Origin: a virus
Taxonomy: Duplodnaviria > Caudoviricetes
DNA length: 35,964 bases
Strand: one strand, 5' to 3'
Virus record (IMG/VR): IMGVR_UViG_3300031228_000019
Span: 1-35,964 of that record
In this document: piece after piece, positions 26,049 to 32,966 of the stretch
Layout of the letters: each line of letters begins with the position of its first letter
Numbering within the stretch: the first letter of the stretch is position 1
Made by a program: the position numbers and the translations under genes
Notes under the pieces: generated by a model
Told to the model about the DNA's origin: nothing
Database searches by the model: none
Seen by the model: only the letters and a program-made list of their open reading frames with translations

Positions 26049-26363
26049 ATGCCCGAACACCTCACCCTCGCCGACCTCGGCATCGACGACGACCCCGGCA
26101 CCAGATGGCACCCTCACGCCGACAAGGCCGGCCTAGCAACCCGCCTGGACAACCTGGAAGCCCTGGTCGCGCAGATCGCCGACCAGCAACGCACCCTGGC
26201 TGCCCACGAGCACCGGATCACCGAGCTCGAGAACGCCCGCGTCGAACGGGTCGCGACCCAGCTGGAGTCCACCGCCATGTGGGAGGGCATCGGCCGTCTC
26301 CACGACCAGCCGTCCGGCACGCCCGAACAGATCGACCCACCACCAGCTGAGGAGACGCCATGA
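26049..26363 (+). CDS. Hypothetical coiled-coil protein
   Basis: RBS GGAGG; ATGA overlap with the endolysin. Confidence 0.7.
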   Translation: MPEHLTLADLGIDDDPGTRWHPHADKAGLATRLDNLEALVAQIADQQRTLAAHEHRITELENARVERVATQLESTAMWEGIGRLHDQPSGTPEQIDPPPAEETP

Positions 26364-27013
26364 TCGACCCCTACGCCCGGACCATCTTCCGCGACAAGGT
26401 CCTCGACAACGCCACCAAGTACGCGCTCCTCCAGGCGGAAGCCGAGCTCGGCTACCCGCTGACCATCATCCAAGGCGTCGGCGGAGCGGCGGCCAGCTCC
26501 GGCACCCACCTCGGCAAGAACGGCGAAGGCGGCCGCGCGGTCGACCTCACCGACAACGACGCCGCACGGAAGGTTCGGGTGCTCCGCGACCTCGGCTTCG
26601 CCGTCTGGCTGCGCCCCGAACGACCCGGCGTCTGGGGTCCCCACATCCACGGCGTGAACATCTTCGAGTCCCGCGCCAACCGGCGCGGGATCGCGGACCT
26701 GGCGTTCGACCAGATCCGCAAGTACGACGCCGGACAGGACGGCCTGTCCGGCTCCTCTCGGGACCCCAACCCCTACCGACCCAGCCCGCCGGCGGTCTAC
26801 ACGCTGGCCGAGTTCAGAGAGGACACGGTGCCACCCATGAACGACGTCGAGAAGGCCCGAGACAGCATCGTCCGCGCCCGTCACCACATCGGCAACGCGA
26901 TCGCCTACTGCAAGGACGCGGAGGGCCGCACCGTGGTCCAGAAGGCCATCCCCCAGCTCCGGGCCAAGCGCCGCGAGCTGCTGGCCCTCCTCGAGCACAT
27001 GCCGAAGAAGTGA
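26360..27013 (+). CDS. Endolysin, Zn peptidase (M15 / Hedgehog-DD-peptidase like)
   Basis: IIQG...ASSGTH...GRAVDL...LRDLGFAVWLR...WGPHIH (H...D...H zinc ligands), followed by a short helical C-terminal domain. Confidence 0.8.
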   Translation: MIDPYARTIFRDKVLDNATKYALLQAEAELGYPLTIIQGVGGAAASSGTHLGKNGEGGRAVDLTDNDAARKVRVLRDLGFAVWLRPERPGVWGPHIHGVNIFESRANRRGIADLAFDQIRKYDAGQDGLSGSSRDPNPYRPSPPAVYTLAEFREDTVPPMNDVEKARDSIVRARHHIGNAIAYCKDAEGRTVVQKAIPQLRAKRRELLALLEHMPKK

Positions 27014-27020
27014 CGAGGCG

Positions 27021-27860
27021 ATGATCCGCCTCCTGCTTCTTCTCTTGCCGATCCTCGCGGCGCTGGCCGACCGGCGCCCCTTCGCGAACGGTCACGACCC
27101 CGACCGGCCGTGGTGGACCGTGACCACCATCAACGCCCCGCAGGCCGTCAGGGGCACCAAGCGCCGGCTCCTGCGGTGGCCGGCCCGCGGCCGCCGGCTG
27201 CGCCAGCTGCTCCGAGACCACTGGGTCGTGCTGGCCGGTCTGCAGGAGGCTGGCCCGAAGACGCTGACCGGGTTCAAGAACGCCGCCCGCTGGGCTGTCC
27301 GGCTCGCCACCCCGAACGAGAAGCGCGGCAACTGGGAGGTCTGCAACGGCATCGTCACCTGGCTGGCGGTGATGCGCCGGCTCCACCGCCGTACCTTCCG
27401 GATCAGGCGGATCAACTTCCGCACCCCCCGGTGGCTGTTCATCCCCGTCCAGCTCTGCGCCGACACCGTCACCGGTGACCGGCTGATCTTCATCTCCGGG
27501 CACGCCGACCGCAAGAAGACCGCACCCGCCGCGAACCGGTACGTCCTCACCCAGATCGCCAAGCTCGGGAAGTGGCTGCACCAGGCCACCGGCTGCCCGG
27601 TGTCGGTCGTGATCGACGGCAACAACGACAAGGGCGCCGACGACATCTTCCACGCCCAGGGCGCCAGCCACCTGGCCGGCGACCACATCGACAAGGTCTA
27701 CGGCTGGGGCCTCGAAGGCCGCAACGCCCGGACCCTCACCGGGTTCACCCGCGTCGTCACCGACCACGGCAACCCGCCCGCCGTCGACGTCTCCCCGCTC
27801 CAGGACTGCCGCAACTTCGACCTCAACAAGATCCCCCGCCTCCCCAAGGAGCTCCGATGA
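27021..27860 (+). CDS. Endonuclease/exonuclease/phosphatase (EEP) fold protein with signal peptide
   Basis: Ordered EEP motifs TTIN, GLQE, ISGH, IDGN, IDKVY and TDH. N-terminus MIRLLLLLLPILAALA. Confidence 0.7.
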   Translation: MIRLLLLLLPILAALADRRPFANGHDPDRPWWTVTTINAPQAVRGTKRRLLRWPARGRRLRQLLRDHWVVLAGLQEAGPKTLTGFKNAARWAVRLATPNEKRGNWEVCNGIVTWLAVMRRLHRRTFRIRRINFRTPRWLFIPVQLCADTVTGDRLIFISGHADRKKTAPAANRYVLTQIAKLGKWLHQATGCPVSVVIDGNNDKGADDIFHAQGASHLAGDHIDKVYGWGLEGRNARTLTGFTRVVTDHGNPPAVDVSPLQDCRNFDLNKIPRLPKELR

Positions 27861-28135
27861 AGAACCCACTCCTCATCTGGTCCAGCATCCTGGTCGGCCT
27901 CCAGATCCTCGCCGGCGGCGCAGCCCTCGGCGACGTCGTCGGCCTCCAGGCCGCTGGCCTGTTCGTCCTGATCGTGGCAGCCCTGCAGGGCGGGACGCAG
28001 TTCTACCAGGCCGGCCAGGTCACCGCATCAGCCGAAGTCGTCGCTGTCGTCGGGCCACAGGGCGACACCGTGGCCGGCCCAGCATCCGTCGAAAACGACG
28101 GCACCCCCGTCAACGTCACCCCCAAGCTGCTGTAG
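27857..28135 (+). CDS. Holin-like two-TM protein
   Basis: RBS AAGGAG and ATGA overlap; two hydrophobic helices then QVT; near the end of the lysis cassette. Confidence 0.7.
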   Translation: MKNPLLIWSSILVGLQILAGGAALGDVVGLQAAGLFVLIVAALQGGTQFYQAGQVTASAEVVAVVGPQGDTVAGPASVENDGTPVNVTPKLL

Positions 28136-28137
28136 CC

Positions 28138-28356
28138 ATGCAGTCCCCACCGGCCGAGCTCGGCACAGACCTCCTCGCCGCCCTGCTCAAGAACACGATC
28201 CGTGCGCAGGGTGAGGCCGACTTCGACACGATCAGCGAGCAGATCCGCGCGCTGGTCGAGAGGTGTCCGCACGGCCGGCCGCTGCTGTACGTCGGCGTCA
28301 GCCTGCTCGCCGCGGGATTCATCGAACACATCGATCGGCCGCTACGACGCCACTGA
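28138..28356 (+). CDS. Hypothetical protein
   Basis: ORF between the holin and the terminator; weak RBS. Confidence 0.5.
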   Translation: MQSPPAELGTDLLAALLKNTIRAQGEADFDTISEQIRALVERCPHGRPLLYVGVSLLAAGFIEHIDRPLRRH

Positions 28357-28377
28357 CCCGCTACCGCAGGAGTTCGC

Positions 28378-28410
28378 CCCCCCACCGCTTCGGCGGTGGG
28401 GGGCTTTCTT
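28378..28410 (+). terminator. Intrinsic terminator ending the late operon
   Basis: CCCCCCACCGC-TTCG-GCGGTGGGGGG followed by CTTTCTT, located between convergent genes. Confidence 0.9.
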
Positions 28411-28415
28411 GCGTT

Positions 28416-28592
28416 TCAGTTCAGCGACGCGAGGATGCGGTCATCGTCTGCGGTGAGCTCCAGGCCCGCGCAGCCGTGCTCACGACAGTCACACGGCAGG
28501 ATCGCCATCTCGCCGTCAGCGATGAACTGGAGTAGATCGCGCTGCTTCAGCGGCCACCGGCCGAGCGGTCTCGTGTTAGGGAGCTGCTTCAC
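28416..28592 (-). CDS. Small hypothetical protein (58 aa, CDCREHGC motif)
   Basis: GTGA overlap with the upstream gene; RBS GAGGAG. Confidence 0.6.
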   Translation of the reverse strand: MKQLPNTRPLGRWPLKQRDLLQFIADGEMAILPCDCREHGCAGLELTADDDRILASLN

Positions 28593-28957
28593 CGCCACTC
28601 CTCGCGCCATTCGTCGCTGTCGGACCAGATGGCGGCGAGGGCGCGGATTGTCGGGCAGGGCCACTCCACGCCGTCGTGCCTGTTGTAGTCGTGGCACGTC
28701 GTGCAGAACTGCTGCCCAGCCAGGTGCGGCGCGTCCTCGCGATGCAGCTCCACGATGGCCCGGAGTGCGGCGACGGTGCGGAGAACGTGGGCTGGGTGGT
28801 GGCGTGCGATGTGGGTCCGCGCCTCGAAGTTGATGCCATGGTCGGCCAGCCACTCCCATCCGCCGAAGCCGCGTTCGAGGGCCTGCTCCGCCGCCGCCTC
28901 GTCGGCATCCAGCCTGTCCGTGATGAACGACGTGATGGTGGCGGTGTCGGCGGTCAT
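28589..28957 (-). CDS. DUF6221-like actinophage protein
   Basis: FITDRLDADEAAA...HIARHHPAHVLR...RAIV...PCPTIRALAAIWSD...EEW signature. Confidence 0.75.
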   Translation of the reverse strand: MTADTATITSFITDRLDADEAAAEQALERGFGGWEWLADHGINFEARTHIARHHPAHVLRTVAALRAIVELHREDAPHLAGQQFCTTCHDYNRHDGVEWPCPTIRALAAIWSDSDEWREEWR

Positions 28958-29343
28958 CGAGTCGCCTCGTTCGCGAGCTGGGCCACGCGCTGATGAGAGA
29001 CCCCGAAGAGGGTGCCGATGTCACGCATCGGCACCTCGGCCTTCACGAGTGTTCGGATCGTCGTGCGGGTCATCGTGGCGGCGTGGGCTTCGAGGTCGGC
29101 GGCCTGCTGTCGCATTGCCTCGATCTCCTCGACGACGTCGCCGACGTGGCCGACTGCGTCGAGCACGATGTCGACGCGGCCGAGCTCGATACTCGATGGC
29201 GCTACGTCCTCTGTCACCGCGATGAGCGAGCGGGCCTGATCCTCTACCTCGGACACTCTGCGGGCCTGGGTGAGGCCGTCGATCGCGGGGACCTCGATCA
29301 TCCACCAGCGGCCATCGCGGGTCACGTTCACGTCGTACTTCAT
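28954..29343 (-). CDS. hicB: HicB-family antitoxin with C-terminal HTH
   Basis: YDVNVTRDGRWWMIEVPAIDGLTQARRVSEVEDQARSLIA and MRDIGTLFGVSHQRVAQL. Start reassigned to ATG 29343. Confidence 0.88.
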   Translation of the reverse strand: MKYDVNVTRDGRWWMIEVPAIDGLTQARRVSEVEDQARSLIAVTEDVAPSSIELGRVDIVLDAVGHVGDVVEEIEAMRQQAADLEAHAATMTRTTIRTLVKAEVPMRDIGTLFGVSHQRVAQLANEATR

Positions 29344-29345
29344 GA

Positions 29346-29540
29346 TCACCCTTCCTCGATCGCTTTGCGGCATTTCCGGACCACTCCGGCCGAGATGGTC
29401 TTGTGGCTCTGCGGCAGCGGGAAGGTGTGCTTCCCGCACGGGCAGCCGTACACGGTGTGACGGCCGTCGGACCGGATCACCGTCCAGCCAGCGTCCTTCA
29501 GTTCCTTGACCATCTTCCGGGTGGGCTGCTCGCTAACCAT
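29346..29540 (-). CDS. hicA: HicA-family mRNA interferase toxin
   Basis: 64-aa basic protein: MVKELKDAGW...GRH...LPQSHKTISAGVVRK, directly upstream of hicB. Confidence 0.9.
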   Translation of the reverse strand: MVSEQPTRKMVKELKDAGWTVIRSDGRHTVYGCPCGKHTFPLPQSHKTISAGVVRKCRKAIEEG

Positions 29541-29546
29541 GATGTT

Positions 29547-29587
29547 AGTCTAGCCCCCTAGACAGTTTCTAGTAAAGAGGTACTAGA
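29547..29587 (-). promoter_or_regulatory. hicAB promoter and operators
   Basis: TTTACT-N18-TAGACT-N6-ATG (leaderless), overlapped by palindromes GTCTAG-N4-CTAGAC (29548-29563) and TCTAGTA-N6-TACTAGA (29568-29587). Confidence 0.7.
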
Positions 29588-29653
29588 CACTTTTCTCAAT
29601 ACGGCCTGACGAAACCGACTACTCGCGCGGCCGTTGAGGTCTAGCCTCGCCGC

Positions 29654-30007
29654 ATGAAGACGAAGAAGGCCCTGGCGCTCGGGGCGGCGGCCATGGTCGC
29701 CCTGGGGGTACTGCTGGTCGTGCGGCTCGGCGGCGAGGACGCGCCTCCGTACACCTACAGCGAGCTGTCGGAGGCCGACATCGAATGTGACGCCGAGGAT
29801 CTCGCTGTTGCCCTCCGGGGCAGCCAGTCGCCCCGCGATGCGGTCGAGGACGGGTTCTCCGCCGGCGGATGGAGCCAGGCCCACTACGAGTGCATCGAAG
29901 ACAAGCTGCCTGAACTGTCCGAGAAGGAGATCGATGACTTCTCTGACACCATGGAGAAGGTCCGCGACTACGAGTTCGAGCGCGAGCTGGAGCGCGAGTC
30001 GCGCTGA
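29654..30007 (+). CDS. Membrane-anchored or secreted acidic protein (accessory)
   Basis: MKTKK plus a hydrophobic helix, then an acidic domain with two Cys. TAGCCT lies 6 nt before the ATG. Confidence 0.75.
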   Translation: MKTKKALALGAAAMVALGVLLVVRLGGEDAPPYTYSELSEADIECDAEDLAVALRGSQSPRDAVEDGFSAGGWSQAHYECIEDKLPELSEKEIDDFSDTMEKVRDYEFERELERESR

Positions 30008-30151
30008 GGGCATGTCGGCGCGGCTCTGACGGCCCGGGGCGGGAGTGGCGGACTCCGAGCCCGCCGTCACCCTGTGCGGGAATTGGGCCGCAACCCGAGG
30101 TTGTCGTGAAACCGCCGTCCGCCATCGTGCCGGACCCGAGGGTCATCAGGC

Positions 30152-30210
30152 GAGTGACAGGCGAGTGACACGGTTGTGTCATTCCGGAGTGACACGGTTG
30201 GGCGTAGCGT
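30152..30210 (+). promoter_or_regulatory. Operator-like repeat array and leaderless promoter
   Basis: GAGTGACA at 30152, 30163 and 30187; GAGTGACACGGTTG twice; palindrome TGACAC-GGTT-GTGTCA; -10-like TAGCGT 6 nt before ATG 30217. Confidence 0.6.
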
Positions 30211-30216
30211 GGCGGC

Positions 30217-30381
30217 ATGACTGAGCCCTGTGGGATCTGCGGATCACCTGTCCAGATCGTGCCCGTGAAGCAGCCGCACCGGGCCGGCGACGACCTGTTG
30301 CCAACGATCGAAGGGCGGGTGTGTACGAGTGCATCCTGCGAGAGCAACACGGGCACGATGCGCTCTGGCGACAGAGTCTGA
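30217..30381 (+). CDS. Zn-ribbon microprotein A (54 aa)
   Basis: Not in the ORF track. MTEPCGICGSPVQIVPVKQPHRAGDDLLPTIEGRVCTSASCESNTGTMRSGDRV; paralogous to the next ORF. Confidence 0.75.
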   Translation: MTEPCGICGSPVQIVPVKQPHRAGDDLLPTIEGRVCTSASCESNTGTMRSGDRV

Positions 30382-30392
30382 GGGGGGGCGTG

Positions 30393-30560
30393 ATGAGTGA
30401 GGAGCCGTGCCGGATCTGTGGTGGCGAGGTCAGGGTCGACAGCGAGCGGGGACCGAAGAGAATAGGCGCGACTGAGGGTGAACTGCGTGATGTGCGGGTG
30501 TGCACGAACCCGTCGTGTCGGATGAACACGGGGCCACGCAAGATCGGCGACCGGGTCTGA
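30393..30560 (+). CDS. Zn-ribbon microprotein B (55 aa)
   Basis: MSEEPCRICGGEVRVDSERGPKRIGATEGELRDVRVCTNPSCRMNTGPRKIGDRV; G-rich RBS. Confidence 0.75.
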   Translation: MSEEPCRICGGEVRVDSERGPKRIGATEGELRDVRVCTNPSCRMNTGPRKIGDRV

Positions 30561-30608
30561 CCGGTCATCGTTCGCCGGCCTTCGGGAGTCGGGGCGTGGC
30601 CGCGTTCG

Positions 30609-30794
30609 CTACCGACGACGCCGCGGATCCTCGATCGGCGGGTGATCCCGCACGTACCGCTCCAGGGCACGCACGAGCACGTCGGTCAGGGTCTCGCCGT
30701 TGTCGGCGGCGGCCCGCTGCGCCGCCTCCCACAGCTCGTCCCGCACACGGAACGAGTGGTTCGGCGTAGCAGGCTGGTTGGGCACGAGGGGCAC
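30609..30794 (-). CDS. Ribbon-helix-helix DNA-binding protein
   Basis: TPNHSFRVRDELWEAAQRAAADNGETLTDVLVRALERYV. Start is GTG 30794 or 30785. Confidence 0.85.
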   Translation of the reverse strand: MPLVPNQPATPNHSFRVRDELWEAAQRAAADNGETLTDVLVRALERYVRDHPPIEDPRRRR

Positions 30795-30804
30795 CCTCTA
30801 CCAA

Positions 30805-30825
30805 GGTGTATATACACCCGGTCAA
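30805..30825 (-). promoter_or_regulatory. Palindromic operator upstream of RHH gene
   Basis: Perfect 14-bp palindrome GGTGTATATACACC (30805-30818) next to a TTGACC -35-like hexamer on the minus strand. Confidence 0.7.
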
Positions 30826-31727
30826 GCGCTTGCAGCCTCCATTGCCGCCCGGACCGCCAGCGCCGGGATCAACGTGTAGAGCGCCGTGGTCTCGGGCTTC
30901 GCGTGGCCGAGCAGCTCCTGGACGGCCCGGAGGTCGCCGCGTGAGGCGTAGGCGACGGTCGCGCACCGGTGCCGCAGCGTGTGGCACGTCCACCCTTCCG
31001 GGAGCAGCCGGGAGACGACCTTGCCGACGTGCGCCGGCGTCAGGTGCCCGCCGCCCCGAGCGGTCGAGGGGAACAGCCATCCCGGCGGCATCGCCAGGAT
31101 GGTGCGCGCCAGGTCGTCGGGCAGCGGCACCATCCGCTCGTGCCCGCCCTTGCCGAGGACCCGCAGCGAGTGGCCGACCAGGTCTCGCACGACCGCCTCG
31201 CGGTGAGCCCGGGCGATCTCGCCGCGCCGCAGGCCGCACACCGCGGCGAGCTGCACGATGAGCCAGGCGCGGTCGTCGGCGTCGAGGAGCGCCTGCCGGT
31301 AGATCACCTCAGGTGTCGGGCGCGGCACCCGCCGCGGCAGCTTCACGCTCGGGATCAACAGTGCGGGGTTGTCCTGTCGTCGGCCGGTCGCCTGCGCCCA
31401 CGTGTAGAAGCCGCGCAGCGAGGCGCGGTAGGACCGGCGGGTCTCCGCCCCCCATACCTGCGCGCCGAGGTAGTCGACCAGGTCCTCCGCGGTCAGTGAC
31501 CAGGGGTCGATCCCGACCTCCCGCATCACCCGCCTGAGGTGGTACGTGCGCAGCTCGATCGTTGTTGCCGGGCGACCGGCTGCGCGCAGCCAGGTGGCCC
31601 ACCTGTTGATTTCATGTTCCGAGAGAGCCACGTCGCGCATACGATCACAGTCCGTGGATGTTACGGACGAGAACGGTAAAATCTTCTCTGAATTGCCTTG
31701 ATCCCGAGACAGGTCCCGGTCAGTCAT
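30822..31727 (-). CDS. int: Tyrosine integrase (short, XerC-like)
   Basis: GLRRGE (R), GKGGHER (K), HTLRHR, LLGHA and TALY catalytic residues; no N-terminal arm-binding domain. Start may be 31640. C-terminus MEAASA. Confidence 0.93.
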   Translation of the reverse strand: MTDRDLSRDQGNSEKILPFSSVTSTDCDRMRDVALSEHEINRWATWLRAAGRPATTIELRTYHLRRVMREVGIDPWSLTAEDLVDYLGAQVWGAETRRSYRASLRGFYTWAQATGRRQDNPALLIPSVKLPRRVPRPTPEVIYRQALLDADDRAWLIVQLAAVCGLRRGEIARAHREAVVRDLVGHSLRVLGKGGHERMVPLPDDLARTILAMPPGWLFPSTARGGGHLTPAHVGKVVSRLLPEGWTCHTLRHRCATVAYASRGDLRAVQELLGHAKPETTALYTLIPALAVRAAMEAASA

Positions 31728-31736
31728 GCCACCGGT

Positions 31737-31994
31737 TCAGGCCGACACGGCAGGTAGGGAAACATCGCCCCGGGTGCCGTCGTGCACGGGACACCCCGCG
31801 TCGTATCCGCCTACCTCGATGTGCCTCGGGTCGCAGGCGCAGCCGGTCGGCTGCTCCACGGGTTCCGGGATACCCCAGGTCCTCGCCGGCCCCACGTGCA
31901 GTCCGCAGACCATGAGCGCGAGCGAGACGCCGCGCATCACCTGTGTCTCGGCGGGGCGCCGGCAGAGCGCGAACTCGCATCGTTGCGCGGTCAT
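31737..31994 (-). CDS. Small Cys-rich hypothetical protein
   Basis: CEFALC, VCGLH and CAC...CPVH motifs; ATGA coupling. Confidence 0.6.
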   Translation of the reverse strand: MTAQRCEFALCRRPAETQVMRGVSLALMVCGLHVGPARTWGIPEPVEQPTGCACDPRHIEVGGYDAGCPVHDGTRGDVSLPAVSA

Positions 31995-32212
31995 CTCGGC
32001 GACCTCCCGCCGGCCCGGCCGAACGCCGCGGTGATGTGCTCGACGGTGCTCGTCGGCCAGCCCGCCAGCCAGGCCAGCGACTTCGCCTCGGCGTCGGTGA
32101 GCTCGACCCCGACCAGGGCGTGCGCGATCAGGCCCAGGTTGTGCTCGGTGATCGGGTCGGGCGGCGGCCAGTCCGTGGCCGCCGCAGCCTCGAGTCGTCC
32201 GGTGTCGGCCAT
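31991..32212 (-). CDS. Hypothetical protein
   Basis: ALVGVELTDAEAKSLAWLAGWPTSTV; TGATG coupling to the upstream gene. Confidence 0.7.
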   Translation of the reverse strand: MADTGRLEAAAATDWPPPDPITEHNLGLIAHALVGVELTDAEAKSLAWLAGWPTSTVEHITAAFGRAGGRSPR

Positions 32213-32646
32213 CAGGTGTCCCACTCGTCGCGGATCAGTCCGCGCTGCACGATCACCCGCAGGGCGGCCGCGGCCGTCCGGCCGGGTAGGTCGAGCACGG
32301 TGCAGGCGGGGTCCTCGGAGACCACGTCGCGGGCCGCGTCGAGGAGCAGGTCGCTGAGCTCACCGGAAGCGGTCTGCTGCTGGCGGCGGGTCAGGGTCGA
32401 GCGGAGGTCGTCGAGCAGGCCGGTGATGAAGCCGAGCGCGTGCACCGCCTCGTCCTCGTCCGGGTGCGGCGCGACCAGGCGTGTCACGGTCGGCGGGTCG
32501 GCCGAGGCTGCGGAGCCGGACGGCTCAGTCTCGACGGTCTCGGGGGGCCGCTGTTCGCGCTGGGGCAGGGCGAGTACCACGGCCAGCGGCCGGGTGGCTC
32601 CGGACGGGTGCAGCACCTCGCCGTCGGCGGTGCGGGTCAGCGTCAT
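32212..32646 (-). CDS. Hypothetical protein (MTLTRTADGEVLHP...)
   Basis: ATGA overlap with the upstream gene; part of the repressor-integrase operon. Confidence 0.6.
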   Translation of the reverse strand: MTLTRTADGEVLHPSGATRPLAVVLALPQREQRPPETVETEPSGSAASADPPTVTRLVAPHPDEDEAVHALGFITGLLDDLRSTLTRRQQQTASGELSDLLLDAARDVVSEDPACTVLDLPGRTAAAALRVIVQRGLIRDEWDT

Positions 32647-32966
32647 CCCGCCACCGCCTGCGGGCCGATGCCGCCGCCACCGGCGAGCTGGCGGATCCGG
32701 TGCTCGACCCGCTCGGCGAAACGCTTCCGCGCCGCCTGCGGGGTCGTGCCCAGTCCGGAGGCGATGTAGGGCCACGACTGGCCGTTCGCGCGCATCCCGG
32801 CGACCGCGACGACGAGGGCCTCATCGACCAGTTCGACGAGGCCGGCGAGCTCGGCCAGGTCCGGTTCGTCGCCGTGCGCGACCCGGTGGCCGGCGGCCCG
32901 CACGATCCGCTTCACCATCGCGAGGTACTCGGTGGTCTCGACCGGCTCGCGGCGGCGGGCGCTCAT
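32643..32966 (-). CDS. HTH DNA-binding protein
   Basis: AVAGMRANGQSWPYIASGLGTTPQAARKRF; ATGA overlap with the repressor stop. Confidence 0.8.
   Translation of the reverse strand: MSARRREPVETTEYLAMVKRIVRAAGHRVAHGDEPDLAELAGLVELVDEALVVAVAGMRANGQSWPYIASGLGTTPQAARKRFAERVEHRIRQLAGGGGIGPQAVAG

Noticed and set aside
30027-30069. Structured ncRNA after the membrane protein gene
   Set aside because: It is an imperfect GC-rich stem with no recognisable family features. It may be only a weak terminator.
30152-30200. Mini CRISPR array or attP
   Set aside because: The repeats are only 8-14 bp with no spacers of suitable length, and a better attP candidate exists at 33133-33168.
30321-30392. N-terminal extension of the 79-aa ORF 30321-30560
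   Set aside because: It overlaps microprotein A in another frame. Paralogy places the start at 30393 (or GTG 30390).
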